From Candidatus Doudnabacteria bacterium (GTDB taxonomy: Bacteria > Patescibacteriota > Doudnabacteria > UBA920 > VMFF01), in contig CAWIZL010000003.1 in assembly GCA_963840645.1 (NCBI GenBank), forward strand, positions 1-49,580: a stretch of 49,580 nucleotides of DNA, in the 5' to 3' direction. Position 1 is the stretch's first letter. Each line of letters starts with the position of its first letter. The position numbers and the translations under genes were made by a program. Below the pieces are notes generated by a model, which saw nothing but the letters and a program-made list of their open reading frames with translations, did not search any database and was not told the DNA's origin. This document shows, one piece after another, positions 40,440-49,580 of the stretch.

Positions 40440-41914
40440 ATGGCAAACGACAGTGTAATTTTACGGTTCTCAGGGGCAACGTTTGAGTTTGGGCAGCACG
40501 GGCACGGCAAGAGCATTCTAGAGGATGCCAGTTTTTCGGTGCGCACTGGCAGCCGCATTACTTTGATGGGACAGAACGGCGCTGGCAAGAGCACGCTCTT
40601 CAAGCTCATTACGGGTGAAGAGCACCTCGACGAGGGTGATATTTTTCTCACGCCAAAAGAGGCAACAGTGGCAGTTGGCCGCCAGGTCATGCAGCCTGAA
40701 ATGTCGCAGCTTACCGTGCGCGACTACTTTGCAACAGCATTCACGGAAAAGCGCTACAACCTCGACAAGCTCATCAAAGATGTTTTTGAAATTGTGAATG
40801 CAGACTTTCCGCTAGGTAAAATTGTGGGAGAGTTTTCTGGTGGCCAGCAGGCGCGACTGCTGCTCGCCCACGCCTTGATTCAAAATCCAGATTTGCTGCT
40901 CCTCGATGAGCCAACGAACAACTTAGATAAGCCGGGGATTGACCACCTCACAGGCTTCCTCATGACGTATGAAAAAACGTGCATTGTCATTTCACACGAT
41001 GCGGATTTTCTGAACGCGTTCTCAGATGGCGTGCTCTACCTCGACGTGCACACGCACAAGGTGGAGCAGTACAGCGGCAACTACTTTGACGTCGTTGAGG
41101 AGATCAGCAAGCGCATTGAGCGCGAGAATGCCTTGAACGCGCGCATGCAGTCGCAGATAAAAGAGAAGCGGACGCAGGCAGAGGTGTTTGCGCACAAGGG
41201 CGGCAAGCTCCGCGGCGTTGCAAAGCGAATGCGCGAGGCAGCTGATGAAGCTGAGGAGAACGTGGTCACTGTTCGCCAGGAAGACAAAACTATCAGGCCG
41301 TTCACCATTCCGCGCAAGAGTTCGACGTGTACTTTGATGGAAAGATTTTGGAGTTTCAGAAGATTGGCGCAGTGAAGGGGAACAAGCTCGTGTATAAAGA
41401 TTTCGAGCTTGTTGTGCGAAAGAACACGCACGTGCTTGTATCTGGGCCAAACGGCATTGGCAAGTCTACGCTGCTCGAACGCTTGGTTGCGCGCAAGGGC
41501 GCAGGTTTTGTAATTCCAAAAGATATAGTCATCGGCTACTACAAGCAAGACTTTGGCAACTTTGACTTTGAGCAGAAAGCGTACGATGCGCTCTACGAGG
41601 CAATGAAAGAACCTGACGAGCCAACCCTGCGCTCGACCGCTGCTGGCTTCTTGCTCGATGGCAAGCTGCTCGGTGCACAGATAAAAACTCTGTCAGAAGG
41701 ACAGAAAGGTTTGCTCTCGTTCTGCCGCTTGGCCTTAATGCGCCCAGGCTTGCTCGTGCTAGACGAACCAACAAACCACATTAACTTCCGCCATTTGCCA
41801 GTAATAGCAAAGGCGCTCGATGCCTACGACGGCGCAATGGTGATTGTATCCCATATCCCAGACTTTATCTCGCAGATTCGAATTGACGAGACGGTGGATT
41901 TGAGTGCTGTTTAG
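40440..41914 (+). CDS. ABC-F family ATP-binding protein; frameshift near 41325
   Basis: two NBDs: GQNGAGKST, FSGGQQAR, LLLDEPTNNLD; GPNGIGKST, LSEGQK, LVLDEPTNH; no TM domain. Confidence 0.93.
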
Positions 41915-41938
41915 AATCTCTCTTAAACCTTGACTTGA

Positions 41939-42109
41939 ATGATCCCTGATCCTGAAAATTATTCACCTAATCAATTTGGGAGTTTTTTAAACGTAGGGCA
42001 GGACTCTACGGGATTAGTCCGTGGGAAGTTTCGCAGGCAGAGTATGATTCTTATAAGGACTTGGTCTATTCAATATTATACAAACTTCTTAAAAATAGCT
42101 GAGATTTAA
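41939..42109 (+). CDS. possible small protein or gene fragment (~55 aa)
   Basis: open frame from ATG 41939 to TAA 42109; adding one G at the run near 41978 gives a more protein-like MIPDPENYSPNQFGEFFKRRAGLYGISPWEVSQAEYDSYKDLVYSILYKLLKNS. Confidence 0.3.
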   Translation: MIPDPENYSPNQFGSFLNVGQDSTGLVRGKFRRQSMILIRTWSIQYYTNFLKIAEI

Positions 42110-42125
42110 ACATGGTGGCGATTTA

Positions 42126-42155
42126 AAACCACCCAACTACAACGTTGGGTGGTTT
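42126..42155 (-). terminator. intrinsic terminator after DEAD-box helicase
   Basis: 12-bp stem AAACCACCCAAC/GTTGGGTGGTTT. Confidence 0.7.
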
Positions 42156-42167
42156 GCGTTTTTGTAT

Positions 42168-43778
42168 TTAGTACGCTGTGCTCGGAGCCCTGCGTGCAGG
42201 GTTGTGAGATGGCTTTGGGGCAAACCTGCGAGGCCTCAGTGCACGCTGGCCTGGAACGCCAGCTGCTGGTGCTGAACGGTGAGGAGCAGGTGCTGAGCGC
42301 CTGTCGCTGCCTGGGGCAGTGAACCTGTCAGGAGCTGGGCGAGCTGTGTCGCCAGGCCTGCTGTGGTTTGGGCGTGAGGAGTACCCGCCGCGCGAGTTGC
42401 CGCCAGTAGAACCAGCAAAGCTTCTGCCTGTGCTCTCGCTGCCAAAGCCGCTACGAGCTGGTCGCTGCGAAGAGCGCTCTGGCCTGCCGCCACGATCACC
42501 GCCGCGGCTTCCGCCGCGGCCGTTGCCAAAGCGTCCGCCGCCGCGTCCGTTACCAAAGCGGCCGCCGCCGCTGAAGCGGTCGTCAGGCAAATTATCAGCA
42601 AACTTTGCGCGGTCTTCGGCACTCTGCGCTGGCAATGAAACTTTAGACACGTTCAAAGGTTTCTTGATCAAGCGCTCAATGTTGCGCACGTCGCCGCGCT
42701 GGTCTGGCGTTGCCAGAGAAATGGCGTGGCCTTCGTGGCCTGCTCGACCTGTTCGCCCAATGCGATGCACGTAGTCTTCTGCGTTGTCTGGCAGGTCAAA
42801 GTTCACCACGAGCTCAATGCCGGTCACGTCAATGCCGCGTGCAGCAATGTCAGTTGCAACGAGAATTCGGTACTTGCCGAGTTTGAATCCGTTCAGAGCT
42901 TCGATGCGCTGGTTCAGGGAGCGGTTTGAATGAATCTCGCTCGATGTGTGTCCCATGTTGCGCACAGACTGCGCGATTTTCTTTGCGCCGTGCTTCGTGC
43001 GGCTGAACACGAGCACGCTGCCTGCGTACTCGCCGAGGATCTTGTTCAGCATCTGGATCTTGTCCATTTTTGAAACAAAGATGAGCTCTTGCACAATCTT
43101 GGCTGCTGTCGTACCCTGTGGCGCAACCTCAATGCGGATTGGCAGCTTCATGTACGTTGTCGCAATGCGCGTAATTTCAGGAGGCATGGTAGCAGAGAAG
43201 AGCATTGTCTGGCGCTCTGCTGGAACCTGCTGCATAATCTTCTTCAGCTGTGGCGCAAAGCCCATGTCCAGCATTCTATCGGCTTCATCGAGCACCAAGA
43301 TGCCAACGTTGGTCAGCTTCACGCTGCCTTGCTCCATGTGGTCTATCAAACGACCTGGGGTAACTATTAAAATGTGTGGGTCGCGGCGAACGAGACCCAT
43401 TTGCTTGCCTATTGATTCGCCGCCAATGAGCACCGCGGTCTTCAGCCCAATTGGGCCGCCAATTTTGCGGAGGGCTTCATCAACCTGCAGCGCCAGCTCG
43501 CGCGTAGGCAAAACAATGAGACCTTTCTTCTTTGTGAGAACAAGGTTCTGCAGCATTGGAATGCCGAATGCCAGGGTCTTGCCTGTGCCTGTCTGGGCAA
43601 TGCCCATGACGTCTTTGCCCTGAATAGCCAGGGGAATTGACTGTTGCTGGATTGGCGTAGGTGTCTTGTAGCCAAGCTTGTCCAGGATCTCGAGCAGGCG
43701 CGGCGCAATGCCAAGCCCATCGAACGTACCCGAAGGCACGCTTGCTACCGCTGAGGCAGCTGTGTGTTCTGTGTCCAT
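42168..43778 (-). CDS. DEAD-box RNA helicase (RhlE/CshA-like) with RGG-rich tail
   Basis: Q motif PTPIQ, AQTGTGKT, PTRELA, TPGR, DEAD, SAT, ARGID, HRIGRTGR. Confidence 0.97.
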   Translation of the reverse strand: MDTEHTAASAVASVPSGTFDGLGIAPRLLEILDKLGYKTPTPIQQQSIPLAIQGKDVMGIAQTGTGKTLAFGIPMLQNLVLTKKKGLIVLPTRELALQVDEALRKIGGPIGLKTAVLIGGESIGKQMGLVRRDPHILIVTPGRLIDHMEQGSVKLTNVGILVLDEADRMLDMGFAPQLKKIMQQVPAERQTMLFSATMPPEITRIATTYMKLPIRIEVAPQGTTAAKIVQELIFVSKMDKIQMLNKILGEYAGSVLVFSRTKHGAKKIAQSVRNMGHTSSEIHSNRSLNQRIEALNGFKLGKYRILVATDIAARGIDVTGIELVVNFDLPDNAEDYVHRIGRTGRAGHEGHAISLATPDQRGDVRNIERLIKKPLNVSKVSLPAQSAEDRAKFADNLPDDRFSGGGRFGNGRGGGRFGNGRGGSRGGDRGGRPERSSQRPARSGFGSESTGRSFAGSTGGNSRGGYSSRPNHSRPGDTARPAPDRFTAPGSDRRSAPAPHRSAPAAGVPGQRALRPRRFAPKPSHNPARRAPSTAY

Positions 43779-43864
43779 GTTGTGGAAACTGTATTTCTGA
43801 CCCGCACCTCGTCAGAAATAAGTTCTGATACAGAAGATCCAAGTCAATTAGTAATATTGCATAG

Positions 43865-43893
43865 AGTATAACACAGGCAAGTATTTTTGTCAA
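43865..43893 (-). promoter_or_regulatory. sigma70-type promoter of the helicase
   Basis: TTGACA (43893-43888), 17 nt, TATACT (43870-43865). Confidence 0.7.
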
Positions 43894-43970
43894 AAAATTG
43901 AGGTACACCGTTAAATGTGGTGTATACTTTCTAGGTACTATTAACAGTTCAACAAAGGATACATAAATAC

Positions 43971-44624
43971 ATGCAGGTTCGCACAAAGAAGTTCCTCTCA
44001 GTGTTCTTGGTAACAGCGGCAATTGTCACGGTGCAGGCAGCGCTCGTTGAGGTTGCGGTTCAGCAGAACTACAGGCAATCAGCAAACGATCCACAGGTTG
44101 CAGATGCTGGAGATGTCGTAGCAGCGCTCCAGCAGGGCGCACCAGTAGACGCAATTTCACAGCAGACTGTAGACATCAGCACGAGCCTAGACGTGTTCCC
44201 AATGGCGTTTGATGGCACGGGCAAAGTGGTGGCATCTGGGGCAACACTGCCAGGGGTAACGACGCTCACAGTGCCGAGCGGCGTGTTCACGTACGCAAAG
44301 AAGCACGGAGAAGACAACTTCACGTGGGAGCCAGCAAAGGGTGTCCGAATTGCAGCGGTGGTGGTTCCGTACACGGCGAACAACGTAGCTGGCTACGTGC
44401 TCATGGGCAGGAACATTGAGCTCATTGAGCAGCGCGAGAGAGCGCTCGCCCTCATAGTTCTCGTTGCCTGGGTCATCGAGCTGCTCTTGGCACTGCTGCT
44501 CACAGAAATTGTGGTAGGTGGCATGACGCGATGGACGCGCACGACCAGCGGCACCGTGGTTGACAGCGGCAAAGTAGTCGGCGAGTACACCGTTGAGGAG
44601 CACGTCACCGTGGAGAAGATGTAG
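43971..44624 (+). CDS. two-TM protein with an extracytoplasmic Cache/PAS-like domain and no kinase
   Basis: TM, QQNYRQSANDPQV..VDISTSL..FTWEP..GVRIAAVV..GRNI, second TM. Confidence 0.65.
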   Translation: MQVRTKKFLSVFLVTAAIVTVQAALVEVAVQQNYRQSANDPQVADAGDVVAALQQGAPVDAISQQTVDISTSLDVFPMAFDGTGKVVASGATLPGVTTLTVPSGVFTYAKKHGEDNFTWEPAKGVRIAAVVVPYTANNVAGYVLMGRNIELIEQRERALALIVLVAWVIELLLALLLTEIVVGGMTRWTRTTSGTVVDSGKVVGEYTVEEHVTVEKM

Positions 44625-44628
44625 CTCA

Positions 44629-46492
44629 GTGCAGAAGAAGGTTGAGCTTTTCCTAGTTCCAATAGCAGCGCTCTGCGGGCTAGTTCTCGCAGGAGCCTTT
44701 TACCTTGGCCACAGGGTTGGCGTTGCCAATGCGGTGCTGCTCGTCACCGTTGTGCTGGGCACTGCACCGCTGCTGTGGAGCATGCTCAAAGATTTGTGGC
44801 GCGGGGTGTACAGCGTTGACATCATCGCAGTCACCGCAATCATCGTGTCGTTCTTCACGCACGAGCTGCTGGCAGGGTGCGTCGTGGTCATCATGCTGTC
44901 GGGCGGCCAGGCGCTCGAGTTCTACGCCCAGGCGCGCGCACGCGAAGAGCTCACCTCGCTGCTCGCAAAGGTGCCTACAACTGCGCACGTCAAGAGCGGC
45001 GGTGCTGTCACAGATGTGCCCGCAGAGCAGGTGGCTGTCGGCGACCTGCTCGTGGTGAAGCCCGGAGAAATTTTTCCAGTCGATGGCGTTGTGGCCAGCG
45101 GCGAGTCTGACGTTGACGAGTCGAGCTTGACCGGCGAGAGCGTGCCAGTGCAGAAGGGCAGCGCGAGCCACGTGTTCTCCGGCACGCTCAACGGTGCTGG
45201 TGTGCTCGAGGTGCACGCGGCGAAGAGCAGCGCAGAGAGCCGCTACGCAGCAATCGTTAAAATGGTTGTGGCTGCACAGGAGAGCAAGGCTCCAGTGGTG
45301 CGCCTGGCAGACAGGTACGCAGTGTTTTTCACTGCGGTAACGTTCGTGCTCGCCCTCGGCGCATGGCTCGCATCTCACGACGCGGTGCGCCTGCTGGCAG
45401 TGCTCGTTGTTGCAACGCCGTGCCCACTCATTCTGGCAACGCCCATAGCGCTCATCTCTGGCATCAGCCGTGCGGCGAGCCGTGGCATCATCGTGAAGAG
45501 TGGCGGCAGCCTTGAGGTGCTGGCAGGTACCAGGTCGTTTATTTTTGATAAGACGGGCACGCTCACGTTCGGCAGCCCAAAGGTGACAGAGGTTGAGGTG
45601 CTCGGCAGCGGCAGCGCAGCGCGGGAAGTGGTCAGGCTCGGCGCGAGCATTGACCAGCTCTCAGCCACGTGCTCGCGGTGCACTGGTGGACACGCGAACC
45701 GCGACGCGGGTTGGAGCCTGACCTACCCAAAAGTTCAAAGAGTCCACGGGCGATGGCGTGACAGCGTGACGTCAACGGCACGCCGTACATTTTTGGCAAG
45801 CTCAGCTTCCTCGAGACCGCGGCGTGGCAATTCCCAGCGCGTTGAGCGAGGCCACGAGAGGCAACCAGGAAACTGGCGAAATAGCAGTGTACCTGGCATC
45901 TGGGGCCAGCTCAGTCGGCGCAGTGCACTTCTCAGACGAAATCAGGCCAGAGGCAGCTTCACTCTTCAAGTCGATTCGCGCTGCGGGTATTCAAAAGGTG
46001 GTGATGCTGACGGGGACAAGGAGAACGTTGCGGCAAAGGTGGCAAAGGCACTGGGCATCCACGAGTACCACGCTGACTGCAAGCCAGAGGATAAAGTTGC
46101 GTACGTGAAAGAGCTGCAGGGCGCGAAGCACGCCGAGCCTGGCACCTGTTGCCATGGTGGGGGATGGCATCAACGATGCGCCCGCGCTGGCAACTGCTGA
46201 CGTGGGCATTGCGCTGGGCATCCACGGCGAGAACGCATCGTCTGAGGCAGGTGACATCGTGATTACGGTGAACAACACCGAGCGCGTTGCCGAGGCTCTC
46301 GTTCTGGCGCGCGGCACGTTGCACATTGCCAAAGAGAGTATTTTCATTGGCATGGGCTTGAGCATCGTGCTCATGGTCATCGCGGCGTTCGGTGGCATAC
46401 AGCCAGTGGCTGGCGCGCTCATGCAGGAGGGCGTAGACGTGCTCGTCATCTTGAACGCGCTGCGCGTTCTCACCCTGCACGTTGGTGTATAG
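44629..46492 (+). CDS. heavy-metal translocating P1B-type ATPase (P1B-5-like motifs); indels after 45650
   Basis: TGES, TPCP, DKTGT, GDGINDAPAL, C-terminal QEGVD. Confidence 0.92.
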
Positions 46493-46502
46493 TACCAGCA
46501 AC

Positions 46503-47149
46503 ATGACGCGCCCGCTGAAAATTTTATGGACACGTTGTGGTGCTCGTCGTGCTCGCAGGGCTATGTCTACCTTGCCTCGCTCGCGTACGTCATCCACTTT
46601 TCGCTGCACGAGAACATTCCGCCGCACGCTGATGCCGCGCTCGTGCTGGGTGCAAAGGTGCTCCTCGATGACGAGCCGTCAGAGACCCTGTACAACCGCA
46701 CTGTTGAAGGTGCAGACTTGTACCAGCAGGGTCGTGTGACGTACCTGCTGACGACCGGCGGCCTTGGCCTCGGTCCAACAGCAGAGTCTGCAGTGGGCGA
46801 GCAGGTGGCTGAGCAGCACGGCGTGCCAGCTTCGCAAATTATCACTGAAGACGACTCGCACACAACTTTTGAAAATGTCCAAGACGTCCAGGCAGCAGCA
46901 GACAGCCACGGCATCCACTCTGTGATCGTGGTGACAGACCAATTCCACGTTGCGCGCGGCGTGCTGGTGGCAAAGTACTTTGGCTTTGCGCCCGTGTACT
47001 GGGCGTACCCGAGCATTGGCTACTACACAAAAACGCAGATAGCCGAAAACTACCTGCGTGAAGCTGCTGCGCTCATTTTCTACTTGCCCAAAGTGGTCGT
47101 GCCCAAAACACTGCCGACAAACTTCGCGTGGCCTTTCAAGAAGTCTTGA
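46503..47149 (+). CDS. YdcF/ElyC/SanA (DUF218) family protein; indel near start
   Basis: DAALVLGA, LLTTGG, ESAV, EDDSHTTFEN, VVTDQFHVARG, YLRE. Confidence 0.88.
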
Positions 47150-48091
47150 ATTGGAATTGGCTTGCCGCCCTCGACCTGGACTTCCAGAAGTTCGAGCCAT
47201 CCTTGGCCACAGCGCACGACGCATTTTTCTTCCCAGACCACGCCGTCAACGAGCGACACAGTGCCAACTGGCAGTTTTGGACCAGTGACAGCTGGTCCCA
47301 TTGCGCATTTCTTTATCTTCAAAATTTTCCCGTCCAGCTTTGTCCAAATGCCAGGCCACGTGACGTACGCGCGGTACTTGTTGTAAATAGATTGCGCTGG
47401 GTCTTCCCAGTCTACCTCGCCGTCTTGCTTGTCGATTACTTTCGTGAACGTAGCAGCCGCGTGGTCTTGCTCATTCGGTGGCAGTTCCCCGCAACGTACT
47501 TTGGAACTGCCTCAACCAGCAGCTCTTCTGCAAGGGTTGCGAGCCGAGCCTCGAGCTCTGGGAACGTCTCATCTTCGCCAATTGGGATTGCACGTTCAAG
47601 GAGAATTGGCCCGTGGTCCATGCCAGCATCCATGAGCATGATGGTGATGCCAGTTTCTTGTGCGCCGTCTAGAAGTGCCTGGTGAATTGGCGATGCGCCG
47701 CGGTACGCTGGCAACAGTGAGCCGTGCACGTTGAGTGCACCAGCTTTTGCCATTGCCAAAATTTCAGCTGGAATTATTTTGCCGTACGCGCACACAATGA
47801 ACATGTTTGGCTCGCTCTCAGCCAGTGCTGCGGCAAAGTCGTCATCGCGTAAATTCTCAGGCTTGAGCACTGCAATGCCTCGTCGCTCAGCGAGCTCTGT
47901 GACAGGCGTCTCTGCAATTGCGCGGCTGCGGCCAACTGGCTTGCCAGCTTGGCTCACCACAGCGCCAACGGTGAAGTGTGCAGGGTCTAGCTTGTCGAGG
48001 AGCGCCGCCAGCACCTTCGCGGAGAATGCAGAGCTGCCAAAGTAGGCGATGCGGATTGTTTTGTCGCGCTCTTGCGCGTTTTTTTTTTCAT
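47080..48091 (-). CDS. fmt: methionyl-tRNA formyltransferase; indels
   Basis: IAYFGSSAFS, VCAYGKII, LNVHGSLLPAYRGASPI, MDAGMDHGP, EVQVEGGK. Confidence 0.95.
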
Positions 48092-48624
48092 AGGTTTGCA
48101 GATAGTTTACGCAGCACGTCCGCAAAGAACCTCGAGCTCACGAGCGCATTGTTCTGGTTGTCGCGGGTGAACTTCAGGTACGGCGCGAGCGTGTCAGCCG
48201 TTGGAATTTTTTTAATGCCCTGCTTGCACAGGAGCCAGTAGCCGAGCGTCCAGAGGTCCAGCACGTGGCCATCGTACTCGTACTCTTTGCCCGTGCGCCT
48301 GAACGCGTCTTTCAAAAACTCGACGCTCTCGTAGTTGTGGCTCGCAATGGTCAAGCTGTAGGGGAACGTTTTGCGGAAGCTCTCAATCACCTCAGGCAGG
48401 CGCGGCGCGCGCAGCCAGTTTTCTTTCTGGATGCCCAGCGTCTGCACAATGCGGTCATTGGTTGCCTGCGAGAACGGGTGGCGCACGTAGCTGGAGAACC
48501 ACTTTTTTTCAATGAGGTTATCTTTGTCCAGCTGCACAGCCGCAATCTGGAGTGGGAAGTCTCGCTCTACGTTTGGCCCAGTTGCCTGCACTCCAACAAT
48601 TAAAATGTCGCGTACAAACTTCAT
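48088..48624 (-). CDS. DnaQ/DEDD 3'-5' exonuclease-fold protein with degenerate catalytic residues
   Basis: LIVGVQATG..LQIAAV, IASHN, VLDLWTL, NNALVS recall ExoI/II/III spacing. Confidence 0.6.
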   Translation of the reverse strand: MKFVRDILIVGVQATGPNVERDFPLQIAAVQLDKDNLIEKKWFSSYVRHPFSQATNDRIVQTLGIQKENWLRAPRLPEVIESFRKTFPYSLTIASHNYESVEFLKDAFRRTGKEYEYDGHVLDLWTLGYWLLCKQGIKKIPTADTLAPYLKFTRDNQNNALVSSRFFADVLRKLSANL

Positions 48625-49110
48625 GCCATGTGCTCGTGTGCACCTTTGCCGCCAGAGGTGTACTTAGAAATTTTGTCTGTGATGAGTATGCCGTTCGTGT
48701 GGTCAATCTCGTGCTGCAGCACCTTTGACAGCAGCCCAGATGCCTCAGCTGTAATGGTCTGGCCAGATAGCGAGCGACCCGTGAACACTATTTTTTCTGG
48801 CCGCTCGACAATGCCAAACACGCCAGGAATGGACAGGCAGCCTTCTTCCATTTTCGTCTTGTCCTTAGAAAAACTTTTCACCTCTGGATTGATGAGCGCG
48901 AATGCTTCGGCCCGTGTGCTCAAGGTTCACCACGATAACGCGCAGCGATTTGCCGACCTGCGGCGCTGCTAACCCAATGCCCTGCGCACGCTGAACAGTA
49001 TCAAACATGTCCCGCACGAGCTTCACAATGCCAGGCGCGAGAGGAAATTTTACGTCAACGCCCTTCGTGCGCAGTACTGGATCTGGGGCAGTCTTAATTG
49101 GCAGCACCAT
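48621..49110 (-). CDS. def: peptide deformylase; frameshift near 48915
   Basis: GIGLAAPQ, EGCLS, QHEIDH. Confidence 0.95.
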
Positions 49111-49114
49111 GCGA

Positions 49115-49375
49115 TTATTCTTTCTCTTTCTTAATGAGGAATGCGAACAGCGCGCCAGGGTTCTTTGCTTTGCTAGATTCTGCGACTTCACCTGCGATGC
49201 GGCGCAGCACGCTGTGGCTATGGGTGGTAGCCATTTTCAAGTAGAAGCCAAAGTGCGCCTGGTCGCCAAACTTTTTACTCAGCTCGTCGGCCAGCACGTG
49301 GTCAGCAGAGTGCAGGTGCATGTCTTTCTTCTGCTTTGCGCTCAGTTTCGCCTTGAGCTTCGGATCAATTTCCAT
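49115..49375 (-). CDS. small basic hypothetical protein (86 aa)
   Basis: intact ORF, TATACT 6 nt before ATG, 4 nt upstream of def. Confidence 0.65.
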   Translation of the reverse strand: MEIDPKLKAKLSAKQKKDMHLHSADHVLADELSKKFGDQAHFGFYLKMATTHSHSVLRRIAGEVAESSKAKNPGALFAFLIKKEKE

Positions 49376-49405
49376 AGGGGAAGTATACCATGTTAGAATC
49401 TAAGC

Positions 49406-49580
49406 ATGAAGGTTGACCTCATGGAGCTGCGAATCAACGCTGATTCGCGCTCTAAAATTTTATCTAGCATCCGGGCGCGCTTGGCTAGCCACAAGAAGAC
49501 GTTCATTGTCACGCCGTACTCCGAGTTTTTCTACTACTCCAGCCACAGCTTTGACTTTGAGACTGCGGTGAACAGCGCTG
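49406..49580 (+). CDS. WecB/TagA/CpsF family glycosyltransferase, N-terminus only
   Basis: MKVDLMELRIN..FIVTPYSEF..FETAVNSA resembles the VT.N.E..ADL N-terminal pattern; TAGAAT 6 nt before ATG; truncated by window end. Confidence 0.55.
   Translation, partial: MKVDLMELRINADSRSKILSSIRARLASHKKTFIVTPYSEFFYYSSHSFDFETAVNSA

Noticed and set aside
42001-42026. Hairpin resembling an IS200/IS605 end or REP (CTACGGGATTAGTCCGTGGG)
   Set aside because: Imperfect single copy, no tnpA/tnpB nearby, and it lies within a plausible small coding frame
42500-42575. Imperfect tandem duplication encoding GGRFGNGRG twice
   Set aside because: Ordinary RGG-rich tail of a DEAD-box helicase
42236-43623. Long antisense or alternative-frame ORFs here and opposite the ATPase, PBP, lepA and IS30 genes
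   Set aside because: Shadow ORFs expected from GC-rich codon usage; no starts, motifs or signals support them
47080-47149. 70-bp convergent overlap of ydcF and fmt 3' ends
   Set aside because: Both ends are uncertain given the indel rate, and tail overlaps are common in compact genomes
1-49580. CRISPR array, retron/DGR, prophage or toxin-antitoxin pair
   Set aside because: No regularly spaced repeats, reverse transcriptase, phage structural genes or paired small TA genes were seen by eye

Overview
About 49.6 kb of a bacterial chromosome. The gene content (VirD4/TraG-like ATPase, GtrA, DsbA, DUF4012, bPH-domain protein, several conserved hypotheticals, minimal dcw cluster) suggests Patescibacteria/CPR; this is inference, not a database result. 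Roughly 25 genes, including essential ones (cysS, dnaX, mraY, murD, ftsW, fmt, def), are split by single-base indels, which is best read as uncorrected long-read error rather than real pseudogenisation, so genes are given as joined spans. The backbone is dus-cysS, corA, VirD4-like ATPase, dnaX, tRNA-Gln, ybaB, trxA, the cell-wall cluster (PBP, mraY, D-aminoacylase, murD, ftsW, DUF4012, murJ), lepA, FtsB-like, tRNA-Gly, ABC-F, DEAD-box helicase, P1B ATPase and fmt-exonuclease-def. Accessory parts are: a self-contained unit at 1.8-3.0 kb with a strong promoter, an rRNA-leader-like boxB/boxA, a ~250-nt multi-hairpin leader and two orphan ORFs (most interesting item); an orphan TonB of Acidobacteria-like style; a Fic gene with a repeated operator over its promoter; and a tRNA-Gly-adjacent block of secreted proteins ending in an IS30 element. 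Six genes, mostly housekeeping, have a -10 box exactly 6 nt before the ATG (leaderless pattern), while accessory genes carry Shine-Dalgarno sites. No CRISPR array, integrase, reverse transcriptase or rRNA was seen.
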